The position numbers were made by a program, and so were the translations under genes. From Planctomycetota bacterium (GTDB lineage Bacteria; Planctomycetota; UBA8108; SXIK01), in the NCBI GenBank assembly GCA_965223845.1, contig CBDCXR010000004.1, forward strand, positions 7,648,001-7,712,000: 64,000 nucleotides of DNA. The letters run 5' to 3'. Under the pieces are notes generated by a model. That model made no database searches, was not told the DNA's origin, and saw nothing but the letters and a program-made list of their open reading frames with translations. Numbering within the stretch: the first letter of the stretch is position 1; each line of letters opens with the position of its first letter. Shown here in pieces: positions 20,455 through 28,196 of the stretch.

Positions 20455-22010
20455 CGCGAACGAACTCCCAGAATGACGGCCAGTACCGCGCTGAGGCCAG
20501 CGATCGCCAACGAGACCGCTCTCACCCGCCGCCGTGAGCGATCGCTGGTGAGGATTCGATCGATCAGCACTTCATCCAAAACGATGGCGTGACCGGTCCA
20601 CACCTTTTCGATGTTCTCAGCGGTCGTCCGATACGGAAACTTCGGTGCGTCGAAGACGCGGAAGCTGTCGTCGTTCGCGTCGTAGTCGTCGATGACGACG
20701 AAGTGACCGTTCTCGAACTGTTCACCGCCCGGCATGCGGACGGTTCGAATCGCGTGAACGATCGCTGGTTTGCTGCCTGGCCGCTTCAGTGATTCCAGGT
20801 CACCGCCGTAGGCGAGCGCCCGCGCGTTCGTCGCCTCGATGGTGGATTGGATCTGGGCGAGAGTGCTCTCAGGTTCGCCCCGCTCGATTCCCAGTGAGCT
20901 CGTCAGGGGGGCGAGTGGCTGCGGACGACCGAGCAGAGCTAGCGCCAGGTAGACGCTGTTCGCCGAGCAACCCGTTGGGATCGCAGTGGTTTTGTTCGAG
21001 TGGGAGGCCGGGCCAACCACGTGAACGGCAGCGAGAAGCGCGTCGAGATCACGCTCGGCGATGAACTCACTCTTTCCGAGCTCACCGGCCGAGTCGACCA
21101 CATAACCCGATCCCTCGGCCGAGTCGTAGACTTTCGTTCCCGGAGCGAGCTCGGCGAGGTAATCCTCCCGGAGCGCTGCGGCGTCGAACCGGATGGACTC
21201 GGGATCGATCTTTAGGAACACCTCTTCGCCGGGCCGCAGCAGGCAGTGGTATACGGTCCACTCGACTGGAGTCGAGCGGTTCCCGATCGCTTCGGATGCC
21301 GTGACTTCGATTTTGCAGAATAGCGCGAGATCCTCTAGCCCGGAGGGCAGTGGGATGGGGGGGCCAAGATCGGGATTTCGGATTTCGACCGGGAGCTTGG
21401 ATACATCCGTGTAGAGGCGGTATTCGACGAATGGCTGTCGCCGGGATCGGTCCATGACGAACGCCACCGCCGAGCGCGCCTTGTCGTCTCGGACGCAGAC
21501 GACGATCTGGTTACCGTCCTCGGAGATCGCCTGCGCCCAGGGGGCGACCAGTTTGACGTGACGAGCGAGCGCCCGGTCGTTGATACAAAAAAACTGCGCG
21601 GTACTGGGATGGAGAACGGCTCCGAACTCCGCTGGCGACGTCATCGTTTCGATGGCTTGCCCTTTCAGCGAGTTCGCTTCGCGGTTGTAGACTCGACCCC
21701 GGCCGGCCAAGGCATCCCAGCCGTACTCCGCGAACTGAGTCTTCCGCCCCGCGACGAACATCTCGAAGCTGAGATACTGCGCGAACCCCGGCTGATAGCG
21801 AGCAGCCCAGGATCCTCGATAGACTTCGGCCGGATGCTCCGTCAGCTTCTGTCGACTCTCGTACGTTGCGGCGATCGCAGACGGGGTGTTCTGCTCGGCC
21901 CACTCGACAAACCAGCGTTCGAGCTCCGGATCTCCCGTCGTTCCTCCCACCGTCGTCTTCGTCGCGAAGCTCGCGAAGACGACGCAGAGACAAAGGCACC
22001 GTAGAGACAT
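20442..22010 (-). CDS. Exported protein with a C39-like cysteine peptidase domain and a C-terminal TM anchor
   Basis: Signal peptide MSLRCLCLCVVFASFA; GCSANSVYLAL, GHFVV, VFDAP, WTG.A.VL; hydrophobic C-terminus. Start moved from 22463 to 22010. Confidence 0.75.
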   Translation of the reverse strand: MSLRCLCLCVVFASFATKTTVGGTTGDPELERWFVEWAEQNTPSAIAATYESRQKLTEHPAEVYRGSWAARYQPGFAQYLSFEMFVAGRKTQFAEYGWDALAGRGRVYNREANSLKGQAIETMTSPAEFGAVLHPSTAQFFCINDRALARHVKLVAPWAQAISEDGNQIVVCVRDDKARSAVAFVMDRSRRQPFVEYRLYTDVSKLPVEIRNPDLGPPIPLPSGLEDLALFCKIEVTASEAIGNRSTPVEWTVYHCLLRPGEEVFLKIDPESIRFDAAALREDYLAELAPGTKVYDSAEGSGYVVDSAGELGKSEFIAERDLDALLAAVHVVGPASHSNKTTAIPTGCSANSVYLALALLGRPQPLAPLTSSLGIERGEPESTLAQIQSTIEATNARALAYGGDLESLKRPGSKPAIVHAIRTVRMPGGEQFENGHFVVIDDYDANDDSFRVFDAPKFPYRTTAENIEKVWTGHAIVLDEVLIDRILTSDRSRRRVRAVSLAIAGLSAVLAVILGVRSRWKR

Positions 22011-22201
22011 CGCTAACCCTTTCGTTGTGGGGCGAACTTTGCAAACGAGCGCTCGCGGTCGCGTCCAGTCGGACTCCGGCGCGGACTCCCAAGAGCAATG
22101 CGCGATTTCGGCGCGCCGGAGCGAAGAGAGTCGGGCGAACGCCGGTCGGCCGGCGACAGGCAGCTCGCTCGACTCTTCCGGGCGATTCGGCCGACTCGTC
22201 G

Positions 22202-22597
22202 TCAGCGGCAGCTCGGTACCGACGTGCTGCACGACGGTCCGTACCAGACGCCGTTCTGGCAAGTCGTCGCTCCGCTCGGGCAATTGCCGATGCGAAGTTT
22301 TCCGCAGCCGTTCTGGTATCCGTCGTCGCAGGTAGTCCCCTGGTTCACGACACACGTATCCCAAGTGTTGTTGGGATCGCAGTACGAGCAGAAGCCGTTC
22401 GCCGGAGGACAGTTCGGAAAGGTCCCGTTCGCAAAGTTGCAATCTGCCGATCCAACATTGCAAATGCGATCGTTCAAGACGTCCTGGCCGACGATCAGAT
22501 CCGCACGCTCCGACCCGAGTAGCGGTGACCCCGAGAACTCTATGAACGTCAGTCCGAACGCCAAAGCGACGGAGAGACAGAGAATCGAAGATTTCAT
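22202..22597 (-). CDS. Small secreted Cys-rich peptide/protein (12 Cys after the signal peptide)
   Basis: SD AAGGAG; Sec-type signal MKSSILCLSVALAFG; Asn/Gly/Cys-rich composition unlike shadow ORFs. Confidence 0.85.
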   Translation of the reverse strand: MKSSILCLSVALAFGLTFIEFSGSPLLGSERADLIVGQDVLNDRICNVGSADCNFANGTFPNCPPANGFCSYCDPNNTWDTCVVNQGTTCDDGYQNGCGKLRIGNCPSGATTCQNGVWYGPSCSTSVPSCR

Positions 22598-23124
22598 CGT
22601 TTAAGGCTCCTTAATCGAATCGTAGGCATCGCTAAATGAATTGCGCAGTTCAGGTCATAGGCAGCACCCCGCAGCATCGCTTCTGAACGTCTTCCAATTG
22701 TGTAGGCGCTTCGATCCTTCGCCGGGCCCACTGTATGTAGAGCGCGAAACGCATCGAACATTCGCAGCCTTTTCGCTCGAACTCGACGGCAGCGATTCGG
22801 TTCGATTGATAAGTGGTCGAAACGACGTAAATGAAGCTCGGGAGTAAAAATTAGTCGGTTCGAAGTATGTAGGCGCTTCTATGTTGACTCGTTCGTGAGT
22901 GAGCCATACGCTTCGTGTCGCGGGACTAACGCGCGGGCGCGCTTGCATTCGCGTACTTCGGTCTGCCTCGAAATCATTTCGTCGTCGTCACGAGGTGATT
23001 TCCCTTCGCTGCGATCGACTTCGATTCCCGAGCATCGTGAATTGCGCGATGCTGAGTTGTGGCCAGGTTCGGTCGCTGTCGATGCTGGACCGTGCGCTTC
23101 GGTCTCATTCGAAAGGGGGGATTC

Positions 23125-23673
23125 ATGCGAGCGAATTCTACGGAGCTTCGTTTGTCGTTTGCGAAACTCGTCGAGCGGCTGGAGTGGCGGCTCAGAAAAC
23201 GAACTCGGTACCTCGCGCGCGGGCGACTGTTGAGACGATTCGAGGTCGACGATTTGGTTCAGGAAGCTCTGTTGAGTGCTTGGCGACGATTCTCCGCGGT
23301 GAAGGAGCACCGCCGGGTTTCGTGGATGTGGCTCCAGGCGGTTGCGACGCAATCGATCGTCTCGGTCGCGCGGCGGGATCAAGCGAAGAAGCGGCGCGGC
23401 GATGGAAGTCGGGAGCAGACGCTCGAATTCGAGTTCGTCGGGAAGGCGGAGGATCCGGTGCTCGTCGCCCAGCAGGAGGAGGCACGGGAGAGAGTGCGCT
23501 CGGCCGTGACGAAGCTGCCACCGAGCGAGGCGATCGTCGTTTGCGCCGTGTACCTCGAGCAACAACCCGTGTGTCAGGTGGCGCGACGCTTGGGCATTCC
23601 GGTCGGGACGGTGTACCGTCGACTGTTTCGAGCGCGGCAGAGACTGAAGGGCTACCTGCAGGAATCGGAATGA
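23125..23673 (+). CDS. ECF sigma-70 factor
   Basis: VDDLVQEALLSAW, WLQAVA, LP, VARRLGIPVGTVYRRLFRAR. Start placed at ATG 23125 after a purine-rich SD. Confidence 0.85.
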   Translation: MRANSTELRLSFAKLVERLEWRLRKRTRYLARGRLLRRFEVDDLVQEALLSAWRRFSAVKEHRRVSWMWLQAVATQSIVSVARRDQAKKRRGDGSREQTLEFEFVGKAEDPVLVAQQEEARERVRSAVTKLPPSEAIVVCAVYLEQQPVCQVARRLGIPVGTVYRRLFRARQRLKGYLQESE

Positions 23674-23789
23674 CCGGCGGGCCGTGTCGAGTAGCATCGA
23701 GAGCCGACCGCGGACGACGAGATCGAACGTCTCCCTGAGCGGCTGGTGAGCCGAACACGGCTCGGGGCACGCGTCGTCTGCCGCATCGC

Positions 23790-25712
23790 GTGGAGAAGGC
23801 CGTGCTCTGTGACCGACCGATACGATCCTCCAGACTCTCGGCGTTCCGCTGGCTCGCCGTCTTCATCGCGTCGTCGGCGCTCGACGCTCACGAGCGCGAA
23901 ACGCTGCCTCAGCTCGCGGACGAAGTGCCGCCGCGCGACTTCGACGAGTTGTGGGCCGGATTTGATCCTCGCGCGGAGCCGCTCGAGGTCGAGACGCTGA
24001 ACGAATGGCAGGAGGACGGTGTCCAGCTGCGCGTCGTGCTATTCCGCATCGGGATCTTCAAGGATCGGGCTGCGCGACTCGCCGCGGTCTACGGATTCCC
24101 GCGGAGCACTGCCGGTCGCGGCGAGAAGGTCCCCGGTCTCGTCCAGATTCACGGTGGCGGTCAGTACGCCGATTACCGCGCCTGTCTTCTGAACGCCAAG
24201 CGCGGCTACGCGACCGTCTCCATCGCGTGGGCCGGCCGTATTTACGCGCCGGACTACCGCGTGACGCCGTCGGAGGTGAAGCTCTTTTGGGACGGCGCAA
24301 CTGACGATCCGGCCTACCGGCCGACTACGGACTGGGGCGCTCTCGACGGCTACCACGCTCCGAGCCGAAATCCGGGAAACGCGTTTCCGAGCGTCAGATC
24401 CGCAGCCTGGACCTTTGACGCGGTCGAGTCGCCGCGGAACAGCGGTTGGTTCCTTTGCGCGCTCGCCGCTCGTCGCGCGCTCACGTTCCTCGAGCGGCAG
24501 CCCGAGGTCGACGCCGAGCGGCTCGGAGTGTACGGCCATTCGATGGGCGGGAAGCTCACGGTCATGGTCGCGTCGGATGCGCGCGTCCGGGCGGCCGCGC
24601 CGTCGTGCGGAGGCATCAGCGATCGCTTCAACTCGAGTGCACTCTATCGCACGACGCTAGGAGATGACGTTCAGCTCAAGCGGGTGTCGTGTCCCATCCT
24701 TTTTCTCTCGCCGTCGAACGACTTCCACGGACGGATCGGCGACCTGCCCCGCGCGCTGCGAGAGATTTCGAGCTCCGACTGGCGAATCACTTCGTCGCCG
24801 CACCACAACCATCAAGACACGCCGCAGTACGAAGTCGCCACGCTGCTTTGGTTCGACGAGCACTTGAAAGGCTCGTTCTCGTTTCCCGAGACGCCGCGGG
24901 TGACCGTTACGCTCGGCGCAGCGACCGACGTACCGACGGTCGCCGTGCGGCCGGATCGATCGAGACGGATCCTCGCGGTTGATGTCTTCTATACACAGCA
25001 CGGGAAGGATCGCGAAGGGCCCGAGGACCGCGAGGCGACGATGCACCGCTTCTGGCGTTATGCCCATCCCGTCGAAGGGGATGGCGTTTGGACCGCCGGG
25101 CTCCGCCTCGCGAGTATCGATCGCCCCGTTTGGGTCTACGCGAACGTGCTCTACGCTCTCGATGCGCCCGTGACGGGAGCGGGATACTATTACGCCGAGT
25201 TTACGTCGGCGCGGCTCAATCTGTCGTCGCCTCTCGAGACCGTGAGCGTCGCCGAGCTTCGCGCCGCCGCAGTTCGCGCGACGCTCGAACCGTCGACGCG
25301 GATCGAGGATTTCGCGGGCAACTGGGCGAAGGAGTGGTTCACGTATCGACCGGATGAGTGGGCCATCACGACGCACAAGCTTCACGACGACGTGTGGAAG
25401 GCGCCCGCGGGTGCGGCGCTCGCACTGAGAGTTCGTGCCGCGGAGGCCAATCGATTTGTCATCGTCATCGACGGACACGCGGCGGAGGTCGAGCTCGCGG
25501 GCGGAGGCGAGTGGGAGGACGTCGTCGTTTCTCCGAGCGAGTTCCGCGATCACGCCGGCGAATCCCTGCGGGGATGGAGTGGAATCCGGCGCCTGACGCT
25601 CGCTCCGCGAGAGAGACTGAGGCCAAAGCGCGGCGGCGCGGGCGAGCCCCGCATCGTCGGCGGGAACTGGCGTGGTCCCGCACCCGAGTTTCGCGCACTC
25701 CGCTGGCGGTGA
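23790..25712 (+). CDS. Exported alpha/beta hydrolase (dienelactone hydrolase/acetylxylan esterase-like) with a C-terminal beta-sandwich
   Basis: HGGG, nucleophile elbow GHSMGG, SNDFHG, HHNH. Confidence 0.85.
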   Translation: MEKAVLCDRPIRSSRLSAFRWLAVFIASSALDAHERETLPQLADEVPPRDFDELWAGFDPRAEPLEVETLNEWQEDGVQLRVVLFRIGIFKDRAARLAAVYGFPRSTAGRGEKVPGLVQIHGGGQYADYRACLLNAKRGYATVSIAWAGRIYAPDYRVTPSEVKLFWDGATDDPAYRPTTDWGALDGYHAPSRNPGNAFPSVRSAAWTFDAVESPRNSGWFLCALAARRALTFLERQPEVDAERLGVYGHSMGGKLTVMVASDARVRAAAPSCGGISDRFNSSALYRTTLGDDVQLKRVSCPILFLSPSNDFHGRIGDLPRALREISSSDWRITSSPHHNHQDTPQYEVATLLWFDEHLKGSFSFPETPRVTVTLGAATDVPTVAVRPDRSRRILAVDVFYTQHGKDREGPEDREATMHRFWRYAHPVEGDGVWTAGLRLASIDRPVWVYANVLYALDAPVTGAGYYYAEFTSARLNLSSPLETVSVAELRAAAVRATLEPSTRIEDFAGNWAKEWFTYRPDEWAITTHKLHDDVWKAPAGAALALRVRAAEANRFVIVIDGHAAEVELAGGGEWEDVVVSPSEFRDHAGESLRGWSGIRRLTLAPRERLRPKRGGAGEPRIVGGNWRGPAPEFRALRWR

Positions 25713-26149
25713 CCCGAACCACGAATCGGGAGCAAAAGGTCCCGCCGGTAGGGGAGTGCGGAGGGAAACTGAGCGGCGGTCCTCCTAGACGTCCCGCTAC
25801 GCATGCGCTCTCGCGAGCAAGTCGCCGACGACGAGTTCAGCCGGATGGCCTGCTCGACGCGCCGGCGCACGAAGGTCGTGAGGCGACCGGCGCTCTCGAG
25901 TCTCTGCTCTGGAGTCTACGATCGCCAGATCTCGAACTGGAACTGGATGCGGGACGAGTCTCGCGTGCGCGCGATTCCGTTCAGGCGGCGTACTCGATCC
26001 CGCGGGACGGACTCTGTCGAATGCGGGCCGCGCAGCGTCGCGCAACGAAGCCGCGAGCGTGGATCTTGCCGATCGCCTGGCTCGTCCTTGAAAATCGCGA
26101 GTCGAGTTGAGGATTTTCAAGGATCCGGAACGGATCGGATCGAGAAATG

Positions 26150-26180
26150 AAAAAAGGGACTCGGCGTTCCAAGTCCCTTC
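26150..26180 (-). terminator. Intrinsic terminator after tRNA-Thr
   Basis: Minus strand reads aagggact-tggaacgccg-agtccc-tttttt. Confidence 0.7.
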
Positions 26181-26194
26181 GTCGCTATGTGAAT

Positions 26195-26270
26195 TGGAGC
26201 CACCTTCCGGACTCGAACCGGAGACCTGTTCATTACGAATGAACTGCTCTACCAACTGAGCTAAGGTGGC
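26195..26270 (-). tRNA. tRNA-Thr(CGT)
   Basis: GCCACCT..AGGTGGC acceptor stem; GTTCA-TTCGTAA-TGAAC anticodon arm; GGTTCGAGTCC; encoded CCA. Confidence 0.97.
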
Positions 26271-26297
26271 ACTGCTGCCCGGATTCGAGAATTCCGG

Positions 26298-26325
26298 ATT
26301 TTAGCTCCGGCGCGAGGGGTGTCAA
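26298..26325 (-). promoter_or_regulatory. Sigma70-type promoter for tRNA-Thr
   Basis: TTGACA-N16-TAAAAT. Confidence 0.8.
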
Positions 26326-26400
26326 CGTCCCGCGCCCGGGAGCTTCTTTCCGCTCGTTTCACTCGAGCGCGGCCGGAGAGAACCGGCGATTGCGCGGGCA

Positions 26401-26437
26401 ACAAGAAGAGGGCCGGACGCGCGCGCCCGGCCCTCGG
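26401..26437 (-). terminator. Hairpin terminator after xerC
   Basis: gagggccgg/ccggccctc stem followed by ttcttgt on the minus strand. Confidence 0.55.
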
Positions 26438-26485
26438 TGTTTCTCGTGTCGGCGCCCGCCGACCGGTCGATCTTCGATCGCGTGC

Positions 26486-27526
26486 CTACTGCCGCGGCTG
26501 CGCTTCCTCGTACGCCTCTTTCACGTTGTCCGTCGAGACGTGCGTGTAGATCTGCGTCGTCGAGAGGTGCTTGTGGCCGAGGAGCTCCTGCACCGTGCGG
26601 AGGTTCGCCCCGCGGTTGAGGAGGTGCGTCGCGAAGCTGTGGCGGAGCGTGTGCGGCGACGTCTTCTCGCTGAGGCCCGTCACCTTGATGTACTTGTCGA
26701 TGATCTTTCGGATGCTTCGCGACGAGAGACGGTCGCCGAAGCGATTGAGGAAGAGAGCGTCGCCGTCCTTCTCATTGATATTCGGCACCTGCGCGCGGAG
26801 CTCGATGTAGCGCTTGAGCGCCTGGAGCGCGAAGGAGCCGAGAGGAACGATCCTCTCGCGATCTCCCTTTCCTCGCGCGCGGATCAGCTCCTGCGTGAGA
26901 TCGATATCGCTGACGTTGAGTCCCGTGAGCTCGCTCACGCGGAGGCCCGTCGAGTAGAGCGTCTCGAGGATCGCGCGATCGCGCGAAGCCTGAAAGCCGT
27001 TTCCGACCGGCGCGTTGAGGAGCTTCTCCACCTCGTCGGTGCTGAGGAAGTGGGGGACCTTTTTCTCGACCTTCGGCGTCGGGATGTCCGCGAGAGGATT
27101 CGTCGCGACGTAGCCCTTTCGGAGGAGACACTTGTAGAAGCTTCGCACCGTCGCCAGCTTTCGGACGACCGTCGTCTTTTGGTAGTTCTTGTCTTTCAGG
27201 TAGGCGAGGTACTCGCGAATTCGCAGCGAATCGAGCTGCGTCGGATCGCACTTCGCTCCGCCCTGCTCGAAGAAGCGAAGGAACTGGTGGAGATCCTTCT
27301 CGTACGCGCGGATCGTTTCAGGAGACATGTTCCGCTCGTAGCGCAGGTAGTGGATGAACGTCTGCTCGAAGTCGACGTCCCCGGTATTCGCCGGTGGTGC
27401 CTCTACCTGATCCGCGGGCTCCGCGATGACCTGCTCGTCCGGCGAGCCTTGGTCCTCGCCGGGCGCGGCGGACTCGCTCTTCAGCTCGACTGACTCGGGG
27501 ATTGCCGTTTCGAGTTTCTCTTCCAT
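26486..27526 (-). CDS. xerC: Tyrosine recombinase XerC
   Basis: RDRAILETLYSTGLRVSEL, GKGDRER, SPHTLRHSFATHLL, QELLGH..LSTTQIYTH; N-terminal SAM-like domain. XerC versus XerD not fully resolved. Confidence 0.88.
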   Translation of the reverse strand: MEEKLETAIPESVELKSESAAPGEDQGSPDEQVIAEPADQVEAPPANTGDVDFEQTFIHYLRYERNMSPETIRAYEKDLHQFLRFFEQGGAKCDPTQLDSLRIREYLAYLKDKNYQKTTVVRKLATVRSFYKCLLRKGYVATNPLADIPTPKVEKKVPHFLSTDEVEKLLNAPVGNGFQASRDRAILETLYSTGLRVSELTGLNVSDIDLTQELIRARGKGDRERIVPLGSFALQALKRYIELRAQVPNINEKDGDALFLNRFGDRLSSRSIRKIIDKYIKVTGLSEKTSPHTLRHSFATHLLNRGANLRTVQELLGHKHLSTTQIYTHVSTDNVKEAYEEAQPRQ

Positions 27527-27559
27527 CTCTTCTCTATCTCGCCCAGTCGGGCGGATCTC

Positions 27560-27766
27560 CTAGATCGACCGCAGCCGTTCCGGCACGATTCCTTCGATGA
27601 CCTCAAAGACTTCCTCTTGACTGAGCCCCGAGTCCTCTCCGTCGGCGCACCGAAAGAGCGCGCGATAGAGATCGATCGGATCATCTCGGTCGTACAGGAA
27701 GCAGAACTCCTGGTCCTCCTTGACCACGAACAGCGTGTCTGTCGTAGTGGCTTCGACCGTTTGCAT
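27560..27766 (-). CDS. Small acidic hypothetical protein (68 aa) upstream of xerC
   Basis: SD GGAG before ATG 27766; globular composition (FVVKEDQEFCFLYD..LYRALF). Confidence 0.7.
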   Translation of the reverse strand: MQTVEATTTDTLFVVKEDQEFCFLYDRDDPIDLYRALFRCADGEDSGLSQEEVFEVIEGIVPERLRSI

Positions 27767-28196
27767 AGACCTGTCTCCCGAAGATTCGGTCCCGGGGGGC
27801 ACGAAATGGGCGCAGGGGCGCGGCGCCGATTGGCTTTCGCGGTCCGCGTTCTCCGCGTCGGATTCCCGCCGGAGCGAGATCTACTGTTCTTCCTGAAGGA
27901 CGACCGACCCCGCCGTGTGGCGTGGCCCCGCGCTTGGACAGCACGGGTCGGGTGGTCGGCGGCACTCCCGCGCCGGCTTGCGGCGGGGGGCGTGCTCCGG
28001 CTGCGTTCGAGCCGCCGGATTCACGGTTCGGGGCGGGTTTTGCGTCACCCAGATTCCCGGACCGTTCACACCAAAACTATCGGCCGGCGTCGTCGGGGAA
28101 CTTTACGGCGAATTCCGTAAATCCTGGGGTCCCGCCGGGCGCGCGCGGCGGGACGAGGGAATTCCGCGCGCGGAGGAAGCGAGTCGCGCGCTCGCT

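Noticed and set aside
25713-26150. ORFs between the hydrolase and tRNA-Thr
   Set aside because: Arg/Ser-rich, with no convincing SD or recognisable domain; could be a remnant but unsupported.
26486-27526. Tyrosine recombinase beside a tRNA as a prophage/ICE integrase
   Set aside because: Motifs are those of housekeeping XerC/D, it lies on the 5' side of the tRNA, and no att duplication or phage/conjugation genes are visible.
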